From assembly GCA_020184695.1 (NCBI GenBank), contig JAANOX010000153.1, positions 868,001 through 932,000 of the forward strand: a stretch of 64,000 bases of DNA, read 5' to 3'. The stretch's first letter is position 1. Each line of letters begins with the position of its first letter. The position numbers and the translations under genes are program-made. The DNA comes from Histomonas meleagridis 2922-C6/04-290x (lineage: Eukaryota > Protista > Parabasalia). The notes below the pieces were generated by a model. It was not told where the DNA came from. It was given only the letters and a program-made list of their open reading frames with translations, and did no database searches. Below are positions 11,687 through 23,914 of the stretch, one piece after another.

Positions 11687-11827
11687 TTGTTAATTATGTG
11701 GAATGTAATCAGAAACTAAACGTTCGAAGAGAACGTTATTTTTACTTCACTAATTCATAAAAATATGAATATTTTTGGAAGACATTGAAAAAATAATTTA
11801 ATATGAGATTACAAACGAAAGTTTTAT

Positions 11828-12655
11828 TTATTGTGTTTTAATCGCTTTAACTCCATCATCGGAGCGAGTGTCATGTATTCTGTCTCCCTTTAAAATTCTT
11901 TGGATTGCCTTTACAATTTGTGATCCCCAAACAAGATGACAACAGTATAAGAGACAGAGTAATCCCCTTCCTACAGTATACAATGTCTTGTGATGAGGTT
12001 GTTCTGATTTATCTGTGATGACAGTATAAATGATTGTTGCAAGATTGAATAATCTGAGATAGAAGAATGTTACTGCAAAAACAAACAATGACGAGTCGCT
12101 TATTTTCTTGATTCCAAGATATGTTGCAATTTTTCCAATGTATAAGAAAATATCAACAATATCGTGAAGAACCATGATTGAAATACCAGCGGCAGGACGA
12201 GCTGTAATGATACAAATTAACATCATTGACAATGTAACTGTATGATGAATGCACATAATTGGTATATCTTTTGTTGTACGGATCCAGAATATATCACTTA
12301 TATAATATGAAATGAAGATATAGAAGTAGATTTTCTGGAATATGCTGCAAACAAATTCTCCAGTACATACGTTATATTCTCTGCAATCAGCAAAATAAAA
12401 TGCACAGTGAGCGTATGGTCTTTGAAGGAAAGCAAGGATACCAATCATTCCACACAAAACATAGTGAATGCAATCGAATCCACGGTGTATAAACTTGAAT
12501 CTGCTCTTTTCTGGAACGAATTTTGATAATGGAGTCATGACAAATTTGTTCATAAAGACCCTATATATCCCATAACATACAGCAGCAACCAGAATGTATT
12601 TAATATCTGATTGGCCCATTGTTGTTTCTTGAGCTAAGAAATCTGTAATGTACAT
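11828..12655 (-). CDS. TLC-domain protein, LAG1/ceramide synthase-like
   Basis: Lag1-type motif HHTVT...R...G...LHDIVDIFLYIGK; multiple TM helices. Confidence 0.85.
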   Translation of the reverse strand: MYITDFLAQETTMGQSDIKYILVAAVCYGIYRVFMNKFVMTPLSKFVPEKSRFKFIHRGFDCIHYVLCGMIGILAFLQRPYAHCAFYFADCREYNVCTGEFVCSIFQKIYFYIFISYYISDIFWIRTTKDIPIMCIHHTVTLSMMLICIITARPAAGISIMVLHDIVDIFLYIGKIATYLGIKKISDSSLFVFAVTFFYLRLFNLATIIYTVITDKSEQPHHKTLYTVGRGLLCLLYCCHLVWGSQIVKAIQRILKGDRIHDTRSDDGVKAIKTQ

Positions 12656-13304
12656 AAACTTTTATGATGTGATGGGATGATGTGATGTTACCCAAACCTG
12701 AGTAATTATTTTTGTGTGATCCGGTGACAAAATTTGAATGCCGTTCTTTCAAAATCGAACCTTTTCAATGCCTAATACACGTTGCCCGATGAATGCCAAA
12801 AAAGCACCTAATAAACGGATAGGAGTTTAAACGTGCATTTTACACAATGTTGGCGGAAAACTATTGAATATAAACCAAAATTGTATACGATTTTATCGGC
12901 TCATATCTCACATAAAAACTCAAAAATTCACCGTGGATGGTGTGATTCATGTAATAAGCAATAATAAATAGTGTCATATAACCATAGTATGAAAAGGAAA
13001 CAAAAAAATTATCCAAAATTCCACAAAAGATAAATTGTTTACATTTCAATTAATATTTTGATTCACCAAACAGAGTTTAATGCAAACGGCTTATATTAAC
13101 CATGGACATTAAGATAACAATAGAATTTTTCAAAAAATATTAATGAGTCGACAAGAAACAGTCACAAAATGAAATCCAAAATGATACAAAAGTGACAAGT
13201 CAAGACATGGTGACCGTTAAGTGTAATGACTGTCATTTCTCAGAAGTGTAAAGAGGTTTAAATACATTTCAATTCTTTTACAAAGTCAAAAAGTTAACAT
13301 TTGG

Positions 13305-14594
13305 ATGATTGGACTTGAAAACGTAGAAGATCAGTATAACCAATCACTTGAACAAATCAGACTTGCAAGAGATAGAAGCCAGGTTTCTATACAAAGACTC
13401 ACAGCTATTATCCAATTTCTAAATAAAATCACAGCTAGTTACAATAAATCCATGAAAAAACAAGGTCCAATCACACTTGACCAATTCGTGCATATTATGT
13501 CTAAGTCATCTGGTCCTTTAGCACCAGGTATTCCAGGTTCAATTTTCAATGACATTTGTTTTTCAATCAATTTCGTTGAATCCATTCAAAAAGAAATTAA
13601 TGAAAATCATAAATATGTAACAGATTGGCTTCTTCCAGAGTTGACAAATTATCTTAACACATTCACTAAAAATATTGAAACGCAAATTGATCTTTATTTC
13701 ACTCAACTTAATGTACGAAATCAAGCACTTCAACGTATGCTTCAATCCAAACAACAATGCGATTCTTTATACAAACAAGTCACCAAAGCATTTCAAAAAT
13801 ACAATTCATTAAAATTTTCACCAAATCCCAAAATCGAACGCCAACTTTTCGAAGATCTTAAACGAAGCACTCTTCAATATCAAAGTTGCATTACCAATAC
13901 ACTCACACTTACCCAAACCTTTAATGATGAACATCGTGAACTTCTTAATGTTTCGCACAACGTTCTCAAGAACATTTACGAGGATGAGAAGCGTAGAGTT
14001 ATTTGGCTCCGTAAAACACTTCGCGAGTTCTCCAACGCGACCGTTAACACCACCAATCAACTGATAACGTTCTCCAACGCTGGCGACTTCAAAGCAGAGT
14101 TCATCAATTACTTAACCATCACAGGCATCACCAGGCGCACCACGCCCATGAGCTTATTTAAGCCCATTAAAGTTGCAGATGACACATTTCCAGCTCCACG
14201 ATTTTTACGAATTCCATATAACCTTCCAACGCCAATGTTTGTAGTTAAAGCCAAATGTAATTTCCATGGCGAAAACCCAAACGAGTTATCTTTTAAGAAA
14301 GGTCAGTACATATCGTTGTATGAAAACCCAGTCAACACATGGTGCTTAGCTTCACTAGAAAACAACAAAAAACTCGGCTACGTACCATCTGAGGCTGTTG
14401 AGGCTATTGATATGCCAACTGCGATAACATTAAATACGACTTTGAGTAAGACTGAAAACGATTTGATTACAGTTCCGGGAATGTTGGTGATTGTGTTAGA
14501 GAAGGGACAGGAGCAATGCTTGTGCCAGGACTTATTCGGAAATAAGGGAATGATAGATACATCGATTTTGGTGTTCGAAAATCAAGACGATTAA
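13305..14594 (+). CDS. Coiled-coil (F-BAR-like) protein with C-terminal SH3 domain(s)
   Basis: AKCNFHGENPNELSFKKGQYI...W...GYVPS is a clear SH3; helical N-terminal ~280 aa; possible second degenerate SH3 at the C-terminus. Confidence 0.75.
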   Translation: MIGLENVEDQYNQSLEQIRLARDRSQVSIQRLTAIIQFLNKITASYNKSMKKQGPITLDQFVHIMSKSSGPLAPGIPGSIFNDICFSINFVESIQKEINENHKYVTDWLLPELTNYLNTFTKNIETQIDLYFTQLNVRNQALQRMLQSKQQCDSLYKQVTKAFQKYNSLKFSPNPKIERQLFEDLKRSTLQYQSCITNTLTLTQTFNDEHRELLNVSHNVLKNIYEDEKRRVIWLRKTLREFSNATVNTTNQLITFSNAGDFKAEFINYLTITGITRRTTPMSLFKPIKVADDTFPAPRFLRIPYNLPTPMFVVKAKCNFHGENPNELSFKKGQYISLYENPVNTWCLASLENNKKLGYVPSEAVEAIDMPTAITLNTTLSKTENDLITVPGMLVIVLEKGQEQCLCQDLFGNKGMIDTSILVFENQDD

Positions 14595-15130
14595 ATTGTT
14601 TAAAGTTTCTAAATGAACGATAATTCTTCCTACTTTTTGTGTGAAAAACGATGAAACTTTTGAATATCCTGTGATGATTCATGAAGTCTTTTGCAGGCGC
14701 ATTCTTAGCGATTTAATATATTAAATAGGAAAACCAATGAGCTAATTGTATTATTAACCAAAATGATGATAATGTTATCTCATGATGAAATATGTATAAA
14801 ATTTAATTTATTATGAAAAATTTTGTTATGATATAGGATAATTTATTGAATAAACAATGCTAAGATCAGGTAGTGTTTGCTGTTTCACTTTTTTTTGAAT
14901 TTCAATAGATAAATTTGGTTTTAGATGAAGGCAAAATTTGAAAATTTAGATATATAAGATTATTCGTTAAAGATATTATTTTCCTGGAAAAATCATCAAT
15001 GTATCTTGCTTAACAAGTTGAAAGCAACAAAAGAAATGCAAAAAATCATAAATGCCACTTTTTTAATAAACAAATCCAGCAAAAATCTCTGTTGGCTAAT
15101 AACGTCACCATGGGAAATCATTGTGTTTAA

Positions 15131-15916
15131 ATGTTCAGCCAACTTAATTATGATATAAATGGATATGGGCTTGTGTGTCTCTGTTGGAGCACTGATATTT
15201 CTTGCAAGTACATGTACATTGCAACAAAATCTCAAAAAAAATATTTACTCAAATTTATTCCTATGACAAAAGAAAACATGGGAAGGGCCTACGCTGAGAG
15301 CCAATTGCAAGCAGAAATCCAGCATCCATACATAACACCTATTTTAGAACAATTTGATTATGAAATTTATAGAGTTCTTGTTATGCCCTACACATTCAGC
15401 GAAACATTGTTTGATTTACAAAAGTTTCCTAATCTTTCAATTCACCTTATTTCAATTATTATGTATCGAATTGCAGTTGCTCTTTCAACATTACATAGCA
15501 GCAATATCCTCTTAAGAAATATCCAACCATCCAATATTGTTATAAATGACATAGAAAGTGAAGATCCAAAACCACAAATTAATAATTTTGAAAATTCGAT
15601 TAAATTATATGATAATGATCCAATTTCATACTCACCAGATGTCTTAAGTTATGGTTTCATATTTTTATTCTTGATTCATGGCAACGTCGAAAAAATATTT
15701 GAACAATATCCAGACATGAAGAATCTAATCCAGAAGATACTTGAGGTCGATTCAAAGAAGCGCATATCTGCTTTAGAGATAACAGAGCATCCATTCTTTG
15801 AAAATGTTCTTGGAGCTGAATGGATACAAAATGAAAATGAATCTCTTTACTCAAAGACAAAACCTTTGTTCTTTGTTGGAGAGGAAGAAGAGTATGATGA
15901 TTTTATAGGAATATAA
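15131..15916 (+). CDS. Protein kinase-fold protein, probable pseudokinase (CAMK-like)
   Basis: QHPYI, LHSSNILLRNIQPSNI, KRISALEITEHPFF. HRD is LRN, DFG is NFE, activation segment/APE missing. Confidence 0.75.
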   Translation: MFSQLNYDINGYGLVCLCWSTDISCKYMYIATKSQKKYLLKFIPMTKENMGRAYAESQLQAEIQHPYITPILEQFDYEIYRVLVMPYTFSETLFDLQKFPNLSIHLISIIMYRIAVALSTLHSSNILLRNIQPSNIVINDIESEDPKPQINNFENSIKLYDNDPISYSPDVLSYGFIFLFLIHGNVEKIFEQYPDMKNLIQKILEVDSKKRISALEITEHPFFENVLGAEWIQNENESLYSKTKPLFFVGEEEEYDDFIGI

Positions 15917-16211
15917 ATTGTTTGAATAAAATATTATTAATAATAAATAATTTTGATTTTTTAATCTTATGAGAAAGACACAAATTATCGTGCCCTGGAG
16001 CTGGGTAAGATAGCATTCAAAGCTAATTATCTTTTTATAAGTTACAAATCATTTACTGGGATAACAACGATCAAAATTAATTTAATGTTGATTTTTAACC
16101 GTTTTTATTAAACGTTCTTATAGAAATTTCAATACTTTAAATGGTCGAATATTTAAATTGAATCAATAAATGCTCAACTAAAAAATGCCTTCATAAGATC
16201 ATTTTTTTATT

Positions 16212-17630
16212 ATGTCAGCTATAGGTATTGATCTAGGTACAACATACAGTTGCGTTGGTGTTTTTAGACACAATCGTGTTGATATTATAGCAAATGATAT
16301 GGGTAATCGTACAACACCATCTTATGTTGCATTTACAGAAGATGAAAGACTTGTTGGTGATGCCGCAAAGAACCAAGCAGCTATGAATCCAACAAACACA
16401 GTATTTGATGCCAAGCGTATGATAGGACGTAAATTTAGTGATCCAGTTGTTCAAAAAGATATGCAACATTGGCCATTTAAAGTTGTTCGTGGTGAAGCAG
16501 ATCGTCCAAGAATTCAAGTTCAATGGAAAGGCGAAACGAAACAATTTTTATCCTGAAGAAATTTCAGCTATGGTTTTGGGTAAAATGAAAGAAATTGCAG
16601 AAAGTCAACTTACAGACAAAGTCAAAGATGCAGTTATTACAGTTCCAGCATATTTCAATGATGGCCAACGTCAAGCCACAAAAGATGCCGGTGTCATAGC
16701 CGGATTAAATGTATTACGTATTATTAATGAGCCAACAGCCGCCGCAATTGCATTTGGTCTTAACGAAAAATCCGATAAAGAGCGTCATGTTTTAATATTT
16801 GATCTTGGCGGTGGTACATTTGATGTTTCATTACTTGATATCGATGGCGGCATGTTCGAAGTTCGTGCCACAGCAGGTGATACACATCTTGGCGGCGAAG
16901 ACTTTGATAATCGTATGGTTAATTACTTTGCAGATCGATTCCAGAAGAAGTTCAAATGTGATTTAAGGCAATCGCCACGTGCATTACGTACATTACGAAC
17001 AGCATGCGAACGAGCTAAGCGAACATTATCCACAGCCACATCCGCATCCATTGTTTGTGATTCATTATATGAAGGCCACGACTTCATGGATAACATTTCA
17101 CGTGCAATGTTCGAGAACTTAAATGATGAATTATTCAGATCGACGATGACACCAGTTGCACAAGTATTAAGGGACGCGAACATGTCGAAGTCAGACGTCA
17201 CCGACATAGTGTTAGTTGGAGGTTCATCACGTATTCCACGTGTCCAACAATTGTTACAAGACTTCTTCAATGGCAAGCAGCCATGCCGTGGTGTTGATCC
17301 GGATGAAGCAGTTGCATATGGCGCAGCAGTACAAGCAGCAATTATCAAAGGCGACACATCAGATACAGTGAAAGATATTTTATTGTTAGATGTTGCACCA
17401 CTTTCATTAGGTATCGAGACAGCGGGCGGAATGATGACAGTGCTGATTCCACGTAACACGACAATTCCAGCGAAGAAGTCAAATGTCTTCACAACGTTCT
17501 CAGATAATCAGCCTGCAGTTACAATTAAAGTTTATGAAGGAGAACGTTCTCGAACATGCGACAACAACTTACTTGGCACATTTGATTTAACAGGCATTTA
17601 ACAGGGCCACGCGTTGAAGAAGTCGATTAA
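16212..17630 (+). pseudogene. HSP70: Cytosolic HSP70, frameshifted and internally deleted
   Basis: [29 protein letters not shown]. Extra T in T5 at 16545-16549; stop at 17599-17601 after TGI; terminal GPRVEEVD* remnant at 17604-17630 in another frame. Confidence 0.9.
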
Positions 17631-18354
17631 ATGAATAAAATGTAATACAATGAATAATTTTATATGATATTTTATAATTCAAACCACATGAAATTGATTT
17701 AGTCACCAATATAAACAGTTTAATCGCAAAAATTTAAATTTTTTTATATCATTAATAAATAAAAGTTTAATTGTCTCAAAAAATGTAAATGAATATTACC
17801 AAAAAGAGTTATTATCTTCTTCTACTTATGACAGAAATCATTTAAAATTTCAATTTTTTTAAGATAAACATTTCATACATAATACATGCAAAAGAATATA
17901 GTTAAATTCAAGAATGATAATAATTCGTAAAATAAATTTCCATCCTAACATTTTAGATAAAAAATGCAATGCACTATTATAACGGCAGGGAAAGGAACAA
18001 ATGACATGAACGTGGTGTAAGAGAAAATAACTTTATTATCGAAATTTAATTTTTAAATATTTAAAGAATGAAAACAAGAAAAAAATAAATTCATCATCAA
18101 CCAATATAAAAGTTAACGATTATTTACAAAGGATATGTCTTAAACTCGAAATGTCTCCACAAAAATTGATATGTATATATACAATGACAAAGGCTAATTT
18201 CCGAGGTACGATGAACTTGACGACCGTTAGACATTATTTTTGGCGGTTTTATTCTGTGGCTGGTCGTTTGGCCACTTGCATTCAACTGGCCATCGTTTGA
18301 CAGTTTGTAGACGATTGAATAAGTTTTTGAATACTATCAATTCATTTTAATATT

Positions 18355-18904
18355 ATGGGTCTTTTTTTCAGCGATCTCTTCAAGAAATGGTTCGGAAACC
18401 GTGAAACACGTTGTCTCATGCTTGGTCTCGATGCTGCTGGTAAGACAACAGTTCTTTATAAGCTTAAACTTGGTGAACATGTCACAACTATTCCAACAAT
18501 TGGTTTCAACGTCGAAACAATCGAATACAAGGGATTCAACATGAACGTTTGGGATGTTGGTGGTCAAGATCGTATCCGTGCCTTATGGCGCCACTCATTT
18601 CCACAACACTCAAGGTCTTATCTTCGTTGTCGATTCAAACGATATTGGTCGTGTTGACGAAGCACGTGATGAACTTCACAAGTTACTTGAAGAAGATGAA
18701 TTACGTGACTCAATTCTCTTAGTTTATGCAAACAAACAAGATCTTCCAAATGCCATCAAGCCACAGGAATTAGGAAATCGTCTTAGACTCAACACAATCA
18801 CCAACCGTCCATGGCAAGTTCAAGGATGCTGTGCTACAACTGGTGATGGTCTCTATGAAGGTTTAGATTGGCTCGGCGAGCAAATCAACAAGAAGTTCAA
18901 GTAG
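18355..18904 (+). pseudogene. ARF1: ADP-ribosylation factor 1 with a +1 frameshift (pseudogene or assembly error)
   Basis: [20 protein letters not shown], then frame change at CAC-T(C)AT-TTC (extra C at ~18596) to [15 protein letters not shown]...NKQD. Confidence 0.85.
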
Positions 18905-19251
18905 AAATGTGCGTGAACACATCTCCCTCCAAGCTCAAAACTAGCTTATTATAAACAAAGGAGTTTGATTTTTTTGTTTCTTGATTCATGGTTACACCAT
19001 TGAAAATTCAATACCCAAATTATATTTTTACATCACATGTCATCACACAGGAAATTTCCCCTTCAAAAAAAAATTAATGAAATTTGTGGAAACTCGAATA
19101 ATAATAATGTATAGCTTTAACCATCCTTTGGAAATTCCATTATATGCAAAATATAACAGGAAAATTGAATGATTGAAATTCTTTCTTTTGTCACAAGCTT
19201 TCTGTTAAACAAAAATTATATTACAAAAATATTTTATATACTGAAACACAA

Positions 19252-20028
19252 CTAATTGCTTTGTACAACAAATGGGTTATGAATATTACTTAACAGAGGT
19301 GCATCGATTTCTTCTTCATTAGGTTCTATAGGGCAGCATTCTATATCAAAAAGAAGCGCTGTTGCCAATTGTTTCACTTGTAAATCGGTAAAATTGTGAT
19401 CAGTCATCATTCCAATGGACATACGAAGCGATTCTAGCATTGCATCGTAATGCCTTTGGAAGTTACATAGTGAAACTTCAAAGTTGGGCTTTGGACATGA
19501 ATTTTGCTGAATTTGTGGCAAAAGTCTATAAAATGGAAGTTTGGATAAATAAAAAAGAAAACGTCGCAAAATGCCAAATGGTTTGTTAACAATTATTCCA
19601 AGACTGCTTAGTTGATTGGACAAGGTATTGGGAAGTTCAATAAAGTTTGGATGATATAAATGCATCATAAGTGAGTCAACAACGAGCTCAGAAACACGGT
19701 GCTTCATACCTCGTTTTACAATAAATGATTTTGATTTTCCAGCATGGGCAAATGTATCAGGAGGAATATGTGAAAAAATTCCGCTCAAAAACCAATAAAT
19801 CTGACTGTCTGTGTTGTTAGAAGCAACCCTTTCTATCTCATTTTGTATTCCATTTATATGATGTGTCATAAGTTTGTTGATCCCATCTGCAAAAATAGAT
19901 CCTAAAATAAAAGTTTTTTTCTGTTCACCTGTAATGCCTGGAAAATTTTCAATGGAAAATTGATCAGATATAATTTGATGTAGTACAGGTCCCCAGCAGC
20001 ATCCAAAAGCAAGGAAAGCCAGCAACAT
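19252..20028 (-). CDS. Secreted Zn-dependent phospholipase C / GPI-PLD N-domain-like protein
   Basis: Signal peptide MLLAFLAFGCC then WGPVLH; GSIFADG, SHIPPDTFAH and HRVSE resemble Zn-ligand spacing of the Zn_dep_PLPC family. Start taken at ATG 20028. Confidence 0.55.
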   Translation of the reverse strand: MLLAFLAFGCCWGPVLHQIISDQFSIENFPGITGEQKKTFILGSIFADGINKLMTHHINGIQNEIERVASNNTDSQIYWFLSGIFSHIPPDTFAHAGKSKSFIVKRGMKHRVSELVVDSLMMHLYHPNFIELPNTLSNQLSSLGIIVNKPFGILRRFLFYLSKLPFYRLLPQIQQNSCPKPNFEVSLCNFQRHYDAMLESLRMSIGMMTDHNFTDLQVKQLATALLFDIECCPIEPNEEEIDAPLLSNIHNPFVVQSN

Positions 20029-20524
20029 GAGGATTCTATGGTATTTGTAAAATGTAAACTCAAGAAAAGTCAAAATATGTTTTGGGCTTAATAATTTGAG
20101 GGGAAAATTCATAAACTTTTATTTAAAACTTTAAAGCTGCATATTTGTTCTAAAATATTTCCACATGTAAATAAATATGTAGGCTTTTAAAGAGATCATC
20201 CTTATATGCGGAGTTCCATTTTTATACAAGAATCGCTGAAGTACAATAGTCCTCACTGTTGTTTTTAATTATAATTAGTTATTATCATATATCTGATATC
20301 AAAAATTCGATTTTTTTCATATTTAAATAAATGTTTATTAAGTCAGTAATGTGACTTTTATAATTTTTTAATAATAAATTTTTATATCATTCAATTAAAC
20401 AAATCATTTTATAATTTAAAAAGATATTTCCAAAAGTAATTTGGATTTTAATATTATCCTCTTTACGTAAATAATAAAAATTGATAAATTTTGTCAAAAA
20501 AAATGATAATATTAAATAGAAGAA

Positions 20525-21400
20525 TTGACACAGAGGATAGGTTTTAATTTATATCTTGATTTTATGAAACAACTTGAAAACAAAGAAAAAGAACATAATA
20601 AAAGTAATCACGAATTGATTAATACATTTAGGGATTTTCTTGTTGGTATATACTCTCATGAATCAAATTTTATCCTTGAAAAAATGATTGAACTAAATTT
20701 GTTTCGCCGAAATCAGTTGAACAAAGAAATACTTATTATTGCATACCATTTTCCGAACAATCCAAGATTCATTAAAAAAATCATTAAGGCTCTAATTGAT
20801 ATCAAAATGAAGCTTATGAAGAATTTTCAAAGTATAATTTTGATCTTCATATAAAGCATGTAAAAGAAGTACATAAACCAAATGAAATTGCAAAAATAAT
20901 TCGAAATGATGAAATAGAAAAACTTCAAGAAATATCATCACAAAATGATTTTGATTTTAATCAAAAAATTAAACCATCACTTTATGAAAGATGTTCATTT
21001 ATTAAGACAATGTTTCATTAATTGATTGTGCAGCATTTTTTTCTGATGTTAAATGTTTTAAATATTTATTTATGAATAATGCAATTGCATTAAAGAATAC
21101 AGGTAAATTTTCTGTTACAGGGGGAAAGGAAGAAATTATTCATTTATGTGAACAAAATCATTCATCATTTGAAGTGCACATAAAACAGCAATTAAGTTTC
21201 ATCGCAATGATATTTTTCATTATGTTTATTAAAATAAAATTGAAGAAATTAAAAATTCTGATAACTTATTTTTTATTATTTCTTCTTGGTAATAATTATT
21301 TTTAATATTTAAATCATTACTTATCGAAGCATCTTTAAAAGGTCATTTAGAAATAATTATATTATTACTTTCACAACGTTAATATAGTTTCACTTAAATT
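20525..21400 (+). pseudogene. DUF3447/ankyrin-family pseudogene
   Basis: Frame-broken IIRNDEIEKLQEISSQNDFDFNQKIKPSLYERCSF...LIDCAAFF...KCFKYLFMN...IIHLCEQ; several frameshifts and stops. Confidence 0.8.
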
Positions 21401-21415
21401 ATGTTTTTAATTATA

Positions 21416-23077
21416 TTAAAACCCTTCAATCTTACGCTTACCTTTTGTGTTACGCTTAACAGGCTTTTGCTCCTGCTCCTTCTTCTTCTTTTCCTCCTCA
21501 CTGCTTGACTCCGAATCCGAACTTTCCGATTCTTCTTCTTTCTTTTCCACTTCTTCTACTTTCTTCTTTTCTTCTTCTTCTTCTTTCTTTTCGACTTCTT
21601 CGACTTTCTTCTTCTTGTTCTCTTCTGTTTCAACTTGCGCTGGCTTTGGCGCTGGCTTACGGAAGCACACAACAAGCAACAAAACGACCGGGATAAACAA
21701 TGCGAGCGATGTAATTGCAACTGTTGCAATTTGGTTCTCATCGTACATGTTCAGCCATGCGTCTTTGATTGGCGTAACAAACTTTGAAACTGCGCCAACA
21801 ATACCTTCTGCGTTAGCACCGCTTTGCTTCTTCTTTGTCTTTGCTTCTTGCGCCGTATGCTTTGGTATGAAATGATCTTTGTTCCATTTATGAACAACAG
21901 CTTCACCGGTGGAAATAAGAATGTTGTTAAAGCCAAGTTCTTTGTTGACCATCCAAAGCTCAAATCCGGCGCCAACGAGAGTCGGGAAATTATGAGGATG
22001 CAAATCTTCAGAATAATCGGGATTGGGGATCTGGCGTGGTTTCCAGACGCCTTTGTAGGCTGGGTTCTTGATTTGAGGTGCGTGCCACTTGCCTTTGTAC
22101 TTGGGGTTCTTGATGAGTGGTGCTTCATATTCGCCGCATCCAGGCGCTGACTCACATTTTGGATTGGATATGGTGGGCGCTTCCCATTCGCCATGGATGT
22201 CGTCGTCCCAATCTTCGGGCTTTTGAGCTTCTGGATCTGGTATAAATTTGGGTTCATCAACAAGCCAACCTTCTGGTGGTGTAAGCTTGTTGGGATCTTT
22301 GATGTACTCTGGTTCGGTCTCATCCCAATCTTCAGGCTTCTTGGCTTCTGGATCTGGAATCATTTCTTCATCAACCCAATCTGAAGGTTTGACGTCGGTC
22401 GGATCATCAATTTCCCTTGGTGGGTTAACAGAAGGAGAAAAGTCAGTAAGAAGACTACCTTGTTTAACTGATTCGGCATCAATAAGAATTTCAAATGAAT
22501 TGTCTGGACGAACAATCAACGTGTAAAGATGATTGTTCTTATCTGTCTTGATTGATGGTGCATTGGTCATGTGTTTCTCTTCGACTACTCCAGTCTTTGG
22601 ATTCTTATGACGGAAGATAAAGTGAACTTTGTTTGTTGAACCACATTTGTCTGGGCCGAACATAATAACATAGCGAGTTTCATTTGAAAGAGTTGTTGGT
22701 TCAAAATTATCATTACCAAAAAGTTTGATATATGCACCACCACATTCAAGTGTTTCTTGAAGACGAAGTTCATATTGAACAACAAGTGTTTGGTCAGTAA
22801 GATCAAGTGGTGTATCAAACTTTGTGGAAAGACCATAATAAGACATTGCTGTTTTCATAAATATCATTTTTTCTCCTGGGAATGATTGTGGTTCTTTTGT
22901 TTCTTCTACTTTCCATTGGCCTGTGTAATTTGGTAATTGAGTGATTATCCAATTTTTCTCCCAATCTGGATCATTGAAAGACTGAAAGTGAAAAACTTTG
23001 CCTTCTGGCTTAAGAGGTAATTGTCCTTCCTCTTCAGAGAAAACAAAGCAAATAAGTAATAGAGTTATTAAACTCAT
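21416..23077 (-). CDS. CNX: Calnexin
   Basis: CGGAYIKL, IMFGPDKCG, P-domain repeats (IPDPEAKKPEDWD, GEWEAPTI.NP), single TM and acidic/basic cytosolic tail. Confidence 0.95.
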   Translation of the reverse strand: MSLITLLLICFVFSEEEGQLPLKPEGKVFHFQSFNDPDWEKNWIITQLPNYTGQWKVEETKEPQSFPGEKMIFMKTAMSYYGLSTKFDTPLDLTDQTLVVQYELRLQETLECGGAYIKLFGNDNFEPTTLSNETRYVIMFGPDKCGSTNKVHFIFRHKNPKTGVVEEKHMTNAPSIKTDKNNHLYTLIVRPDNSFEILIDAESVKQGSLLTDFSPSVNPPREIDDPTDVKPSDWVDEEMIPDPEAKKPEDWDETEPEYIKDPNKLTPPEGWLVDEPKFIPDPEAQKPEDWDDDIHGEWEAPTISNPKCESAPGCGEYEAPLIKNPKYKGKWHAPQIKNPAYKGVWKPRQIPNPDYSEDLHPHNFPTLVGAGFELWMVNKELGFNNILISTGEAVVHKWNKDHFIPKHTAQEAKTKKKQSGANAEGIVGAVSKFVTPIKDAWLNMYDENQIATVAITSLALFIPVVLLLVVCFRKPAPKPAQVETEENKKKKVEEVEKKEEEEEKKKVEEVEKKEEESESSDSESSSEEEKKKKEQEQKPVKRNTKGKRKIEGF

Positions 23078-23557
23078 TACAAATATGGTCTGGCTTAACC
23101 GTTTGCACTGTGTTTATTTCTGTGGCATTTTCTGAATTACGATATTTTAATTTGAATACATTTTGATCGTTATATTTCAAAAGATCTTTGAATGTGTTCG
23201 AGATATTTGTGAGAAAATACAATTGTCAGTACCCAAAAAAGATGCCACACGATAGGCAAATTGAAAACTCTATCGGTCACGGTTTCGGGGATAGGTACGA
23301 AAACTTGTTGTACAACATCAACTCTTAATGGTTAAAATCCCCTATAAAAAGTTTTATAATTATGTATAAGCCATGTCGAAAGAATTTAAAAATATCAATG
23401 AATATCTTTTATTAAATCCAATTATAATTATAGTAATCTAGAGCTTATATTGTCTATTTGAAATAGTGCTAAAGTCACTTTTTTTTTAGAACATATCATT
23501 AATACAATTATTTAATTAAAAATTTTATTGTTTAATTGCTATTAACTTGAATAAATG

Positions 23558-23835
23558 TTATTGATAAACATTCGCCACAGAGGATACTATGATAAAGAAC
23601 GCGACACAGACAATGATAATAACAACGTCAATATCGGATAATGATTTCAATTCATTTCCATCACAACTTGTCTCAAAGTTTAAGTACCCTAATACTCCGG
23701 AGATACAAATAAAAAAGGTACAGATGACAATAGAAAAAATCGAAATGATTGTTCGCTTTATGAGATTTGAAATAATCGGAGTAGTTGCAAAACAACTGCA
23801 TAAATTATTATTGGCATGAATTCGTCTACTTCACT
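23558..23835 (-). pseudogene. Fragment of a polytopic membrane protein, possibly amino-acid transporter-like
   Basis: ATG-less frame ...IISIFSIVICTFFICISGVLGYLNFET...VIIIVCVAFFIIVSS..*; two TM-like segments. Confidence 0.3.
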
Positions 23836-23914
23836 CAGGAAAGGGCATACTGCCAATTATTTAATCAAAAAAAATTTTAACAATTTGTTTCACTGTAAAA
23901 TTATTTTTATTAAT

